Below are positions 1 to 11,800 of a stretch of 64,000 nucleotides of DNA, in pieces (the stretch's first letter is position 1; every line of letters starts with the position of its first letter). The notes under the pieces were generated by a model. That model was given only the letters and a program-made list of their open reading frames with translations, was not told the origin of the DNA and did no database searches. The DNA comes from Longimicrobiales bacterium (GTDB taxonomy: Bacteria; Gemmatimonadota; Gemmatimonadetes; Longimicrobiales; Gaopeijiaceae). The stretch spans positions 320,001-384,000 of the forward strand of contig CBDDCX010000007.1 in the NCBI GenBank assembly GCA_965226375.1. The letters run 5' to 3'. A program made the position numbers and the translations under genes.

Positions 1-36
1 GTGCCCTGGGCGGCGCTGATCGGGATCCTCGAGTAG
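1..36 (+). CDS. sdhC: 3' end of probable succinate dehydrogenase cytochrome b subunit (partial)
   Basis: Hydrophobic [11 protein letters not shown] ending at a TAG immediately before sdhA; assignment by position only. Confidence 0.55.
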   Translation: MPWAALIGILE

Positions 37-44
37 TGACGATC

Positions 45-1961
45 ATGGAACTGAATCCAGGAACCCCGGCCGGCCCGATCGAACAGAAGTGGAACAAGCA
101 CAAGTTCGACACGAAGCTGGTGAACCCGGCCAACAAGCGTAAGTACGACGTCATCGTGGTGGGGACGGGCCTAGCGGGAGCGGCGGCCGCGGCCACCATG
201 GCCGAGCTCGGATACCACGTGAAGGCCTTCACGTATCACGACTCGGCCAGGCGGGCCCACTCCATCGCAGCCCAGGGCGGGATCAACGCGTCCAAGAACT
301 ACCAGAACGATGGAGACAGCGTTTACCGGTTGTTCTACGACACGGTGAAGGGTGGGGACTTTCGTTCAAGAGAGGCGAATGTCTACCGGCTCGCCGAGGT
401 GAGCGAGAACATCATCGATCAGGCGGTGGCCCAGGGCGTGCCCTTTGCCCGGGAGTATGGCGGTCTGTTGGCCAATCGCTCCTTCGGGGGAGCGCAGGTA
501 TCACGCACCTTCTACGCACGCGGACAGACGGGTCAGCAGCTGCTCCTGGGAGCCTATCAGGCTCTGCAGCGGGCCGTACAGAGCGGCATGGTTCAGATGC
601 ACACGCGCCAGGAGATGCTCGACGTGGTCCTTGTGGAGGGAGAGGCCCGGGGGATCGTCACTCGCGACCTGGTGAGCGGAAAGGTGGAATCCCACACCGG
701 CGATGCGGTGGTGCTGGCCACGGGCGGATACTCCAACGTCTTCTACCTGTCCACCAACGCTAAGGCCTGCAACGTCACGGCCACCTGGAGAGTTCACAAG
801 CGCGGTGCCGGTTTCGCGAACCCATGCTTCACGCAGATTCACCCCACGTGTATTCCGCCGGCCGGCGAGTATCAGTCGAAGCTCACGCTCATGAGCGAGT
901 CGCTCAGAAACGACGGTCGTATCTGGGTGTCGAGCAGCGATGGGGACGAACGCCTACCGGGCAGCATCCCAGAAGACGAGCGCGACTATTACCTGGAGCG
1001 CATGTATCCGAGCTTCGGAAACCTGGTCCCCCGTGACGTGGCGTCGCGACGGGCCAAAGAGATGGTGGACGGTGGCCACGGTGCAGGGCCCCGTCGAAAC
1101 GGAGTCTTCCTCGACTTCTCCCACTCCATCGACCGTCTCGGGCGCGATGCCATCAGCGAGCGCTACGGCAACCTCTTCGAGATGTACGAGAACATCACGG
1201 GAGAGGATCCGTACAGCCAGCCGATGCGGATCTATCCGGCGCCCCACTACACAATGGGCGGCCTGTGGGTCGACTATGACCTTCAGAGCAACGTGCCGGG
1301 CCTTTTCGTCATTGGAGAGGCCAACTTCTCGGATCACGGGGCCAACCGTCTCGGTGCGAGTGCCCTGATGCAGGGTCTTGCGGATGGGTACTTCATCCTA
1401 CCCGTGACCATCGGGAACCATCTGGCTCGCATCAAGCACGACCGTGAATTGGGCCCGGACGCATCAGAGTTCCGAAGCGCCGAGAACGAAGTCCACGAAA
1501 CGACGCGAAGACTCCTGGAGTCCGGTGGCACGCGGACCGTGGACGAATTCCATCAGGAGTTGGGTGACCTCATGTGGAACCGCTGTGGCATGGAGCGGAA
1601 CGCCGAGGGCCTGCAGGAGGCGCTCGACAAGATCCCCGAAATCCGAGAGCGCTTCTGGCGAGACGTCTGTGTGCCGGGGAGTGCCGAGACCCTGAACCAG
1701 TCGTTGGAGAAGGCGGGACGGGTAGCGGACTTTCTTGAATTCGCAGAGACGATGTGTCACGACGCGATCACCAGGGACGAGTCGTGCGGGGCCCACTATC
1801 GCACGGAGCACACGACGGACGAGGGCGAAGCCCGCAGAGACGACGAGAACTTTACGCACGTCGCCGTGTGGGAGTATCGGGGTGTTGGGAACGAACCGGT
1901 CCGTCACAAAGAGGCCCTGGAGTTCGAGCACGTGCCGCTGTCGCAGAGGAGCTACAGGTGA
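45..1961 (+). CDS. sdhA: Succinate dehydrogenase/fumarate reductase flavoprotein subunit
   Basis: [11 protein letters not shown]-binding motif, [11 protein letters not shown] covalent-FAD His motif, [21 protein letters not shown]; start at ATG 45 or GTG 36. Confidence 0.96.
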   Translation: MELNPGTPAGPIEQKWNKHKFDTKLVNPANKRKYDVIVVGTGLAGAAAAATMAELGYHVKAFTYHDSARRAHSIAAQGGINASKNYQNDGDSVYRLFYDTVKGGDFRSREANVYRLAEVSENIIDQAVAQGVPFAREYGGLLANRSFGGAQVSRTFYARGQTGQQLLLGAYQALQRAVQSGMVQMHTRQEMLDVVLVEGEARGIVTRDLVSGKVESHTGDAVVLATGGYSNVFYLSTNAKACNVTATWRVHKRGAGFANPCFTQIHPTCIPPAGEYQSKLTLMSESLRNDGRIWVSSSDGDERLPGSIPEDERDYYLERMYPSFGNLVPRDVASRRAKEMVDGGHGAGPRRNGVFLDFSHSIDRLGRDAISERYGNLFEMYENITGEDPYSQPMRIYPAPHYTMGGLWVDYDLQSNVPGLFVIGEANFSDHGANRLGASALMQGLADGYFILPVTIGNHLARIKHDRELGPDASEFRSAENEVHETTRRLLESGGTRTVDEFHQELGDLMWNRCGMERNAEGLQEALDKIPEIRERFWRDVCVPGSAETLNQSLEKAGRVADFLEFAETMCHDAITRDESCGAHYRTEHTTDEGEARRDDENFTHVAVWEYRGVGNEPVRHKEALEFEHVPLSQRSYR

Positions 1962-2716
1962 TGAACCTCACGCTCCATGTCTGGCGTCAGGCGGGCCCCG
2001 AGCATGCCGGTGCTTTCGAGACCCACCAGGCCAAGGATGTAAGCCCGGACATGTCCTTCCTCGAGATGCTCGACGAAGTGAACGAAACCCTGATCAAGGG
2101 TGGTGCCGAGCCCATCGCCTTCGAGCACGACTGCCGAGAGGGGATCTGTGGCGCGTGCGGGATGATGATCAACGGAGTACCACACGGCCCCAAGACCATG
2201 ACCGCCACGTGTCAGCTGCACATGCGGAAGTTCGGTGACGGGGATGACATCTGGATCGAGCCGTGGCGTGCCACGGCCTTTCCGATCCTAAAGGACCTGG
2301 TCGTGGATCGCTCGCCCTTCGACCGCATCATCGAGTCGGGCGGATTCGTTTCGGTCCGGGCGGGCAGTGCCCCCGATGCCAACGCTCTTCCGGTCGAGAA
2401 GGACAAGGCCGACGACGCCATGGACGCAGCCACCTGCATCGGCTGCGGCGCGTGCGTGGCCGCATGCCCCAACGCCTCGGCCATGCTCTTCACCGCGGCC
2501 AAGATCTCGCACCTTGGTCTGCTGCCTCAAGGACAGCCGGAGCGGGACTCGAGGGCGCTTGGTATGGTTGGAGTCCACGACGCGGAGGGCTTCGGGAGCT
2601 GCACGAACCACGGGGCTTGCGAGGTCGCGTGCCCGATGGGCATCAGCGTCAGGTACATCGCCCGACTCAACCGCGACCTCATCGTCGCTTCGCTTCGGAG
2701 TGCGCCGGGCGACTGA
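1961..2716 (+). CDS. sdhB: Succinate dehydrogenase/fumarate reductase iron-sulfur subunit
   Basis: CREGICGAC (2Fe-2S), [29 protein letters not shown] overlap with the sdhA stop. Confidence 0.96.
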   Translation: MNLTLHVWRQAGPEHAGAFETHQAKDVSPDMSFLEMLDEVNETLIKGGAEPIAFEHDCREGICGACGMMINGVPHGPKTMTATCQLHMRKFGDGDDIWIEPWRATAFPILKDLVVDRSPFDRIIESGGFVSVRAGSAPDANALPVEKDKADDAMDAATCIGCGACVAACPNASAMLFTAAKISHLGLLPQGQPERDSRALGMVGVHDAEGFGSCTNHGACEVACPMGISVRYIARLNRDLIVASLRSAPGD

Positions 2717-2746
2717 GGGGTCGCGTGGGGTGCTACCGCTCGAGCC

Positions 2747-3568
2747 TCATGTGCCTCCCGTAGTACAACCCCCGGGCGTGTCCACGACCGAAAAGACCTC
2801 AGGTCCCAACGCAGGATTGACCTCGACGTCATCCGCACGGATGATCTTGTAGATTCGGCCCTGGTCGTCGAAGTGAACCCGGGCTCCGACATAGTGGTAT
2901 CCGTCCACGCCCCGGATGTCCTCCCACCGCGTGTGCACCACTTGGTCGCTGCCCGCCTCTCGATAGTCCACCTGCACCGGCCAGACGCGCCCCCCCACGA
3001 AGTAGTAGAAGTAGGTGTCTTGATGGTCGCCGACGCCCTCCCCGAACGTCACCCGAACCGTATGGCGGCCCGACGAATCCTGACCGTCGTACCACAGGAA
3101 TACACCGGGATCCTTGAGCTTCTGCGGAAGGCGGATCCAGTAGTTCACTTCACCGGCTATGTATGCCACCTCTTGATGATCACGGTTATCGGACGTGAGA
3201 GGCACGCCATTCAGCGAAGCTCGGGCCATACGGCCGTCCCACCCCTGGATGATGAGGTCGTCTCCCTCCCAGCGCTCGATGCGGGCTGCGAGCACGTCCG
3301 GTCCCCGGTCGATGGTGACATACCTCGGTCGCGTCCTTCGGAGTCTCCCCGAGGCGGCGTCATACATCTGGGTGGTGAGGGTGAAGCGCGCCGCGACCAG
3401 GCTCTGAAGATGATCCATTCCACCCAGGGCGTCGATCCACGCGTCTATGAACGCCACCGCCTGTGCGTCGCTTTGAGGTGACGACGCCTGGGCCCGGGAG
3501 TCGCACGGGGTCCCCAGGGCCAATACGGTAGCGATGATGACGGAACCGCAACTTCGCCGAGCGATCAT
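2747..3568 (-). CDS. Exported hypothetical protein (LolA-like/DUF6503-like beta-rich fold suspected)
   Basis: Signal peptide, IDALGG motif, LP.KLKDPGV motif, beta-rich composition. Confidence 0.6.
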   Translation of the reverse strand: MIARRSCGSVIIATVLALGTPCDSRAQASSPQSDAQAVAFIDAWIDALGGMDHLQSLVAARFTLTTQMYDAASGRLRRTRPRYVTIDRGPDVLAARIERWEGDDLIIQGWDGRMARASLNGVPLTSDNRDHQEVAYIAGEVNYWIRLPQKLKDPGVFLWYDGQDSSGRHTVRVTFGEGVGDHQDTYFYYFVGGRVWPVQVDYREAGSDQVVHTRWEDIRGVDGYHYVGARVHFDDQGRIYKIIRADDVEVNPALGPEVFSVVDTPGGCTTGGT

Positions 3569-3736
3569 TCAATGGCCCCCTCTCACCCGCGGGTCACAAG
3601 TCCGGATCGAGACGGCCGGAAGCACACCTCGACTCGACTGCGGACGTGTCTCTAACACCACATCCCCCGTCTTGCTCCCCCTATGCGGGCCCCGTACAGT
3701 GCAGACACATATCCGGATCGTCACTTGGAGGCGGCT

Positions 3737-5509
3737 ATGAAGTACCGTGCGGGCGGATCGCCCCGACTTTCGTTGATATTCTCGCTCATCCTGGGCCTCA
3801 CGCTCCCGATCGGCTTGGCGGCCCAGGAAGCGGACGTGATTTTTTCCGGTGGGCGCGTGTGGACCGGGGACTCCGCCAATCCGTGGGCGGAGGCTGTCGC
3901 GGTTTCGGGCAACCGAATCGTAGCGGTGGGTTCCGATGAGGACGTCGCCTCCTTCCGAGGAAGCGACACACGGGTGATCGACCTGGATGGTCGCTTTCTG
4001 TCGCCGGGCTTCATCGACAACCACACCCACTTCAGCCGGGCAGGGGAGTTGCTGCTCGGCATCAACCTTCTTGAAGTCTCAGACGAGGAGGGACTGGTGG
4101 CCGAAGTGCGTGAAGCCGCCGCGCGCCTTCCCGAAGGTGCCTGGATGACCGGCGGAAGTTGGGGAGCGTACGAACAGTGGGAGCAGAGCTCCGCCGGACG
4201 AGAAGGTGACCCGGTCGAGCCTGAGACTCTTTTTCGACCGGATCGCAGCTCCATCGACCCCGTCTCTCCACGCAACCCTGCTTTGCTCTGGAACTGGGAC
4301 CGGTCGCAGTACGTCGCAAATGGTGCCGCCCTCGAGGCCGCGGGAGCCGACTGTACATGGGAGGGCGTCGAGTGCGACAACGGCGCTCCGACCGGTCGAC
4401 TCGATGCCGAGACCGCGAGACGGATCCGTGGATTGATCGCCGCCAAGACCATGGAGCAACGTCTGTCTGAGGCCCGAGTGGCTCTTGCACGACTGGCGGA
4501 ACACGGCGTAACGACCTTTTTCTACATCACTGCGCCCAGCCAGGTGGAGGTCTACCATGCGCTGCGCAAGAGCGGTGAACTCACGGCCCGCGTGAACATG
4601 CGGTTGGTCCTCGATACCTGGGACGAGATGAGAGATGCCGGAATCGTCGAGGGTTTTGGTGACGAGTGGATCCGGTACCAGGGCCTCAAGGGCTTCGTCG
4701 ACGGGATCATGGGCGGCTCGTCCGCTCGGTTCGCGGAGCCCTACCTGACCACGGGCGTCCGCGGATCATGGAGGAACATCAACAATACCGGCTACGTGAC
4801 GGACAACGGGTCGGGCTTCGATCCGGCCGGCAACATGGAGCGGCTGGTGTTCGGTGCGGACTCGGCCGGGTACAACCCGCGGGTGCACGCCATCGGTGAC
4901 GTGGCCATCGACTCCATCCTGGACATCTTCCAGAAGGTCATCGACATCAACGGCCCTCGCGACGGGCGCCGCTTCGTGATCATTCACAACCAGGTGATCT
5001 CGGGACCCGAAACGGCTCGACGCGAGGCCGAGATGGGTATCATCGCCGAGATGCAGCCCTACCACACCATCGACGACATGCGTTGGATGGAGGAGCGCAT
5101 CGGAGAGCGAGGGCGGTGGGCGTATGCGTTCAAGACGCTCGAGGACGCCGGTGTCCTCCTGTCGTTCGGGAGCGACTGGCCCGGTACGAACGCCTCCTGG
5201 TACACGTCGAATCCGCTACACGGGATGTACGGTGCCGTCACGCGACAGACCATGGATGGACAGCCGGAGGGTGGCTGGTTCCCGGAAGAGCGCATCAGTG
5301 CCGAGTCCGCCCTAAAGGCCTACACGGTGAACAACGCTTGGGTGGCTGGCGAGGAAGACTACAAAGGGCGCATCAAAGTTGGCTACCTGGCCGACCTGGC
5401 GGTCCTCGAGGAAAACCCGCTAGAGGTGGAGGGATCACGACTGAGGGACCTGCGCGTTCTCATCACCATGGTGGACGGCAAAATCGTCTTCGAGCGGCCT
5501 GCGACATAG
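3737..5509 (+). CDS. Exported metal-dependent amidohydrolase (Amidohydro_3/YtcJ-like)
   Basis: PGFIDNHTH, KGFVDG, VHAIGD, FGSDWP, GYLADLAVL; signal peptide; GGAGG RBS before ATG 3737. Confidence 0.9.
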   Translation: MKYRAGGSPRLSLIFSLILGLTLPIGLAAQEADVIFSGGRVWTGDSANPWAEAVAVSGNRIVAVGSDEDVASFRGSDTRVIDLDGRFLSPGFIDNHTHFSRAGELLLGINLLEVSDEEGLVAEVREAAARLPEGAWMTGGSWGAYEQWEQSSAGREGDPVEPETLFRPDRSSIDPVSPRNPALLWNWDRSQYVANGAALEAAGADCTWEGVECDNGAPTGRLDAETARRIRGLIAAKTMEQRLSEARVALARLAEHGVTTFFYITAPSQVEVYHALRKSGELTARVNMRLVLDTWDEMRDAGIVEGFGDEWIRYQGLKGFVDGIMGGSSARFAEPYLTTGVRGSWRNINNTGYVTDNGSGFDPAGNMERLVFGADSAGYNPRVHAIGDVAIDSILDIFQKVIDINGPRDGRRFVIIHNQVISGPETARREAEMGIIAEMQPYHTIDDMRWMEERIGERGRWAYAFKTLEDAGVLLSFGSDWPGTNASWYTSNPLHGMYGAVTRQTMDGQPEGGWFPEERISAESALKAYTVNNAWVAGEEDYKGRIKVGYLADLAVLEENPLEVEGSRLRDLRVLITMVDGKIVFERPAT

Positions 5510-5668
5510 TTTGGCGGATCGCTCGTACTACTACGGTGGGATCTCGAGGCATCCGGCGCGTGTTCCATGGAGTGCATGGTGAGCGCCCCGCTTGCCAAAT
5601 GCGAACGAGGGCCTCGATCCCGCGGCGTTGAGGCCGCGGGTACGCTTGAACTATACCGGAGAAGGTGG

Positions 5669-5983
5669 ATGACCGATCGACGTTGGAACCGTACACTCGT
5701 GCCGATGATGGCGGTTCTCTCTCTTGCGGCCTGCGGGTCGGACTCGGCGACGGGCCCCGAGGATATCGACTTCGTGAACGCACTCGATATCGACCTCGAT
5801 GAGATGACTCGAACGGCCAGCGGCCTGTACATCCAGGACCTGACGGTTGGGGACGGCGCGATCGTGGAGGCGGGGGATATCGTGGTGATGGACTACGCGG
5901 GTTGGCTGCCCAATGGCGCCCTGTTCGACTCTGGCACGGACGCCGTGTGCCACGGGGCAATTCATGGTGGACCGGGTTCGTGA
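5669..5983 (+). pseudogene. FKBP-type peptidyl-prolyl isomerase lipoprotein, C-terminally truncated
   Basis: Lipobox LAAC, TASGLYIQDLTVGDG, YAGWLPNGALFDS; the GWDEG/M..GG half of the FKBP domain is absent. Confidence 0.7.
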
Positions 5984-6242
5984 AGGAATGGAGTCCGGAA
6001 TGCTGAAGGCGGGCTCCCCCGAAACCGTATCACGGACGATCTGGGCACATGCCCACGGACTCGTGTCTATCTATCACCGGGGACTGCTCAGAATCGATGA
6101 GGACGAGTTCCGCCGGCTGTTTCTGGAATCGAGTTGGCGGCTCATGGAGGGTTTGGCGGAGCCGGAATTCGCGGCAGCCATGGGTGATGACGTGCGGGCA
6201 TCCCTCGCGGCAAAGGGACCCGGGGCTCAGGAGACTACTTAA
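5945..6242 (+). pseudogene. C-terminal ligand-binding half of a TetR-family regulator, HTH missing
   Basis: VDRVREGMESG and IWAHAHGLVS (WHG-type C-terminal domain); ends 2 nt before an RND operon; no N-terminal HTH. Confidence 0.6.
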
Positions 6243-6244
6243 CT

Positions 6245-7699
6245 ATGAAGATCTGCAGATTAGGGGCTTCGGCCCTGACGGCCTTGATCATCGGGCAGGG
6301 ACTGGCGGCCCAGGAGCACGTGCTCACCCTCGAGCAGGCGGTGGTTACGGCCCTTGCACAGAGCGACGACCTTCAAGACGCGAAATTGGGACTCGAGCTC
6401 GCACAGGAGCAGGTGTCCGAGGCGTGGTCGCTGGTCTACCCGAAGGTCGATGCTTCCGCCGGCTATACGCGTAACCTCAGCGTGCCGATGAGCTTCCTTC
6501 CCGCGGTCATCTTCGATCCGGACGCCGACCCGTCCGAGCTGATTCCTGTTCAATTCGGAGCAGACAATGTCTGGACGACCAGCATCAACATCGAGCAGCC
6601 GCTCTTCCAACCGGGTGTCTTCGTCGGGGTCGGTGCGGCCAGCCGTTTCGAGAGTTTCGAGCGGGAAAATGTCCGGGGCCGCACGCAGGCGCTGGTCACC
6701 CGCGTTCGGATCACGTACTACGGCCTCTTGCTGGCTCAGGAGCAATCGCGCCTTGTCGAGAACTCGGTGGAGCGGGTCAGGCAGTCACTCGGGGAGACCC
6801 GATCGCTCAACAAGGCCGGGTTGTCGGCGGACTACGACGTCCTCCGCCTCGAGGTGGAGCTTGCCAACCTCGAGCCCAATCTGCTTCGGGCTCGAAACGC
6901 CGTGTCCGAGTCGAAGCGGGCGTTGAGCATCGAGCTTGGGCTCGAGAGTCTCGACGGTGTGCGGGTGGCCGGCTCGCTGGCCGACATCGATCTCGACGAT
7001 CCGGCGGCGAACTCGACGGCGAACCGTCAGATTCTCGCCTACTCGTCATGGGTGGACGAGGAGGAGGCCGGACCGCAGAGTCTACTCACCATGGCTCAGA
7101 GAGAGCGCTCCGACCTCCGGAGCCTCGACCTCATGGAGGAGCTTCGGCGATCGGAAGTGAAATTCGAACAAGTTCAGTATCTGCCCGAGATCGTCCTGTT
7201 CGGCAGCTACTCGATCACGGCTCAGCAGAACGGCAGCCCGGCCTTCTTCGGTAGGTCTTCGCTGCAGCGAGCTACCGCACAACAGGCCGGTATTCGTGTT
7301 ACGTGGCCGCTTTTCAGCGGCTTCTCGAAGGACGCCCGCATTGATCAGAAGCGGGCCACCTTGCGTCAGGCGCAGGCCCAGAACCGTCTGGCCCGCTCCA
7401 GGGCCGAGAGTGAGGTGAAGACCCTCTGGGACCAGATGGGAGAGGCTCGCGAGCGGGCCGACGCCCAACGACTCGCCGTGAGACAGGCAGATAGAGGCTT
7501 CGACATTGCGAGCGCGCAGTACAGGGAGGGGCTCGGGAGCCAGCTGGAGTTGACCGACTCCGAGGTGGCGCTCCGGCAGAGCGAGTTCAACTACGCGCAG
7601 GCGGTATACGATTTCCTGGTGGCTCAGGCCAATCTGGATCAGGCGGTGGGATTCGTCCCCCTGGTGGATTCGGACAGGGTCGCGGGCCGCATTCAGTGA
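6245..7699 (+). CDS. TolC-family outer membrane efflux protein
   Basis: Signal peptide, LTLEQAV, two OEP repeats, YREGLGSQLELTDSE. Confidence 0.92.
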   Translation: MKICRLGASALTALIIGQGLAAQEHVLTLEQAVVTALAQSDDLQDAKLGLELAQEQVSEAWSLVYPKVDASAGYTRNLSVPMSFLPAVIFDPDADPSELIPVQFGADNVWTTSINIEQPLFQPGVFVGVGAASRFESFERENVRGRTQALVTRVRITYYGLLLAQEQSRLVENSVERVRQSLGETRSLNKAGLSADYDVLRLEVELANLEPNLLRARNAVSESKRALSIELGLESLDGVRVAGSLADIDLDDPAANSTANRQILAYSSWVDEEEAGPQSLLTMAQRERSDLRSLDLMEELRRSEVKFEQVQYLPEIVLFGSYSITAQQNGSPAFFGRSSLQRATAQQAGIRVTWPLFSGFSKDARIDQKRATLRQAQAQNRLARSRAESEVKTLWDQMGEARERADAQRLAVRQADRGFDIASAQYREGLGSQLELTDSEVALRQSEFNYAQAVYDFLVAQANLDQAVGFVPLVDSDRVAGRIQ

Positions 7700-7719
7700 T
7701 AAGAGAGGCGTGAGTACCG

Positions 7720-8817
7720 ATGACAACGCGAGTGATGTTCGATAGAGGTTGGCACCGAGGGGGCCTTTGCATGGCACTTCTCGCCGGGGCGGCTTCTTGC
7801 GGTGGTGATGCGGAAGCTGTGGATGGCCGGGACGACGGGGTGTTGGTCGAAGGCGCGGCACGGGTCATAAACGTGGAAACGATGACCCTCGAGAGCCAGG
7901 AGTTCGTCGAGATCATCCGTCTGACGGGAATCGTCATGGCCGATCAGGACGTGACGATCTCTGCACAGGAGTCTGGTGTCATCCGCCGCATCCTGGTGGA
8001 CAAGGGCAGCGATGTGAGGGCGGGTCAGGCCCTCTTTGAGATCGATGACAACATCCTGAAGAGCCAGGTCATGGAGGGCACTGCGCAGGCGGCTCTCGCG
8101 AACGAAACCTGGGACCGGCGCAAGCGGCTCTACGAAGAGGATCAGGTGGGCTCGGAACTGGCGTATCTGGAGGCGAAGTACAATGCCGAGCAGTCGGCGG
8201 CCCGTCTTACCATGCTCGAGACCCGCTTGGGCCATGCGGTGATCCGGGCCCCCATCACCGGGGTGTTGGAGACACGCCTGGTCGAGGTGGGAACCATGGT
8301 CAACGTAGGAACCAACGTGGCTCGGGTGGTCTCACTCGACCCGATCAAGGTCGCCGCGGGAGTGCCGGAACGATATGCCCCCGACGTGTCCGTCGGTGCT
8401 TCGGTTACGGTCTTCCTGGAGGTCATGGATCTCTCCATCGAAGGGAACGTCAGCTACGTGGGTGCGACCGTGAGTCCGAGCAATCGCACCTTTCCCATCG
8501 GGCTCGCGATGGCCAATCCGAGTGACTTCATCAAGCCACAGATGGTGGCGAATTTGGCCCTGGTGCGGAGGGTGCTGAGTGACGCCATTGTCGTTCCGCA
8601 AGAGGCGCTGATGAGAGTGGAATCCGGATATGTGGCGTATGTGGTGGAGGGCGACGGGGAAGAGTCCGTGGTGGTGACCAGGAGCGTGACAACCGGTCCC
8701 AGCCAGCAGAACGGAGTGGTAATCGAGGGGGGCTTGGAGCCGGGCGACCGGCTCATCGTGGTGGGCCAGCAACAGGTATCTGCCGGCGACCATGTGAACG
8801 TGGTGGGGACAAGGTGA
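7720..8817 (+). CDS. RND efflux periplasmic adaptor (MFP), lipoprotein
   Basis: Lipobox AASC, lipoyl-like halves, IRAPITG, GLEPGDRLIVVG. Confidence 0.92.
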   Translation: MTTRVMFDRGWHRGGLCMALLAGAASCGGDAEAVDGRDDGVLVEGAARVINVETMTLESQEFVEIIRLTGIVMADQDVTISAQESGVIRRILVDKGSDVRAGQALFEIDDNILKSQVMEGTAQAALANETWDRRKRLYEEDQVGSELAYLEAKYNAEQSAARLTMLETRLGHAVIRAPITGVLETRLVEVGTMVNVGTNVARVVSLDPIKVAAGVPERYAPDVSVGASVTVFLEVMDLSIEGNVSYVGATVSPSNRTFPIGLAMANPSDFIKPQMVANLALVRRVLSDAIVVPQEALMRVESGYVAYVVEGDGEESVVVTRSVTTGPSQQNGVVIEGGLEPGDRLIVVGQQQVSAGDHVNVVGTR

Positions 8818-8830
8818 GGATCCGAGAGAG

Positions 8831-11800
8831 ATGATCAAACCGACGGACGGACCTGAGGACGGCCCTGAGGACGGTCCCATGGACCCGCGGCAAGACGCCG
8901 GGTTCCTGGCCCGTTTCAAGGAGTTCAAGGCCACGAGCCTCGCGGTGGACTATCAGACGAGCGTGCTGGTGCTTCTGGCGTTCATCACGGTTGCCGGGCT
9001 AGCGGCGTATCGGTCGATTCCCAGGGAGTCCTTCCCGGAGATCGAAATCCCGATGATCGCCGTGAATACGATCTATGTGGGAGTGTCTCCGGCCGACATC
9101 GAAAGCCTGGTGACTCGTCCTTTGGAAGACGAGTTGTCGACCATCTCCGACATCAAGGAGCTCACGTCCACTTCTGTCGAGGGTTATTCCAGCATCGTCG
9201 CCGAGTTCGAGACGACCGTGAACCTGGATGAGGCTCTTCAGAAGGTCCGAGAGAAGGTGGACCTCGCCAAGCCGGACCTTCCGACCGAGGCCGAGGATCC
9301 CTCGATCGTGGAGTTCGATTTCTCCGAATTCCCGGTCATGCAGGTCAACCTCTCCGGCGAGTACGGAGTCGTCCGTCTAAAGGAGATCGCCGAGGATCTC
9401 CAGGACCGGCTCGAACAGATCCCCTCGGTTCTGCGAGCGGACGTGCGCGGCGGCCTCGAGAGCGAGGTGAAGGTGGACGTCCACCTCGATCGCCTCCAGT
9501 TCTATGGACTGGCAATCACGGACGTGATCGATGCTATCCGGGACGAGAACGTGAACATCCCGGGTGGCTCGATCGACGTGGGCTCCCTCAAGTATCTGGT
9601 CCGCGTCGACGGCGAGTTCGACGACCCGTTGGTCATCGAAGACATCGTGGTGTCGACCAAGGCTGATCGCCCCATCTACGTGCGCGACATCGCAGATGTC
9701 GACTTCGGGTTCAAGGAACGCGAGAGCTATGCGCGTCTAGACCGGGCACAGGTCGTGACATTGGACGTGGTGAAGCGGTCGGGCCAGAACATCATCGAGA
9801 CGGCCGAGCTGGTGAAGGGAGTCATCCGGGACATGGAGCCGGAGTTCCCCCCCACGACGGTAGTGAAGATCACCTCCGATCAGTCGGTGCAGATCGCCAA
9901 CATGGTGAGTAGCCTCGAGAACAACATCATTTCGGGTCTCATCCTCATCATTGGGGTGCTGCTCTTCTTCCTGGGGGCCGGGAACTCGGTGTTCGTGGCC
10001 ATCTCGATCCCGACCTCGATGCTTCTTTCGTTCGTCATCCTTCAACTGACCGGGACCACCCTTAACATGGTGGTCCTGTTCTCCCTGATCCTGGCCTTGG
10101 GGATGCTGGTGGACAACGCCATCGTCGTCGTAGAGAACATCTACCGATACGTCGAAGAGGGTTGGGACCGCAGGGTAGCCGCCAAGAAGGCCACGGGTGA
10201 AGTTGCGATGCCGGTCATCGCCGCAACGCTGACCACCCTGGCCGCCTTCGCTCCACTGCTGTTTTGGCCCGGCCAGGTGGGCGAGTTCATGAAGTTCATG
10301 CCGTCGACCCTGATCATCGCGCTGTCGAGCTCGCTGTTCGTGGCTCTGATCATCGTTCCGACTCTGTGCGCCATGTTCCTGCGTCTCGAAGACGATCCCG
10401 CGCCGCCTCTCACGCCTGCGGCGCGTTGGACGTTCATCGTCGCGGGTGCGTTGCTCTTGCTGAGCTTCGCGAGCAAGAACTTGCTCACGGCCGGCATGAT
10501 CGCCGGGACGGTGGTCCTGCTCTGGGGCCTGAATCACTACGTCACGGCCCGCCTGGCGAAGCGGTTCCAGGCTTCGGTATTGCCCCGCGTGCTCACAGTG
10601 TACGAAGGCCAGTTGCGCTGGTCCCTCGACCACCGAGCCACGGTTATCCTCGGCTCCGTGGCAGGCCTGGTGGTGACGCTCATGCTCTTCGCGCGCTTCA
10701 ATGCCGGGGTCGAGTATTTTCCCGAGGACATGCCTCCCAAGGAGATCCTCGTGGACATCGATCTCCCCGTGGGGAGTCGTGCCGAGGCCACCGACGCCAT
10801 CGCCCGACGCCTGGAATCTGAGATTCTTGTTGTCCCGGGCATCTCCGATGCCAAGTCCGTGGTCGCCACCGTGGGCGGTGGTGGTGGCTCGGCCATGATG
10901 GGAGGAGGAGCCTCGGGACCTGACGCGGGTCGCCTGACGGTCAGCATGGTGGAGTTTGCCGACCAGGAATACGATGCGTTCGACCTCTTGGCCGCCCTGC
11001 AAACGTCTCTGGGAACCGACATTGCAGGGGCAGAGATCACGGTCGACCAGATGGAAGAGGGTCCCTCCCAAGGTGCTCCGGTCAACATCGAGATCATCGG
11101 TGAAGACGCCGGGACTCTGAAGGATCTGTCCGACCGGGTCCTGGCGATTCTCCAGGACGACCCGGTCTACGAGAAGCTGGTGGGCTTGGAGAGTGATCTG
11201 GACGAGGCCCGACCGGAGCTCTCCGTCGCGGTGGATCGCGAAAAGGCGGCCCTCTACGGCGTCTCGAGCCGCGATGTCGGTATGGCCATCCGTGGAGCCA
11301 TCCAGGGCATCGAGGCGGCCAAGTACCGGACTGGGAACGACGAGTACGACATCGTCGTCCGCCTTGCGGAGAAATACCGCGGTGAGCTCGAATCCCTGCG
11401 GGATCTGACCGTCATGAACGAGGGCACGCAGATTCCGCTGTTGTCCGTGGCGAGCTGGGAGGTCGCCGATGGCTACGGCAGCATCCGCCGAAAGGACCAG
11501 ACACGCATGGCCACGATCAGCTCCGACGTGAGAGCCGGCTTGAACAGCAACGCCGTCCTCGGAGAGGTGCGCCAGGTCTTGGCCGACTTCGCGACCCACG
11601 AGCTGCCTGTCGGCTATCGGCTACAGTACACTGGACAGTCGCAAGATCAGGATGAGGCCGCGGCGTTCCTGCGCAACGCGTTCCTGGGTGCGGTCATGCT
11701 GATCGGGCTGATCCTGGTTACCCAGTTCAATTCGGTGGTCAAGCCGGTGATCATTCTGACGTCGGTTTTCATGTCCACCGCCGGCGTCTTCCTAGGACTC

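Noticed and set aside
8847..8880. 12-bp repeats encoding DGPE-DGPE-DGP at the RND N-terminus, and PDLE twice near 21975
   Set aside because: Short low-complexity coding repeats with no sign of a separate function.
9737..11599. Long antisense ORFs (620 aa here; also 17495-18580, 52312-53328, 59071-60315)
   Set aside because: They shadow well-supported genes on the other strand, as expected in high-GC DNA, and show no family motifs.
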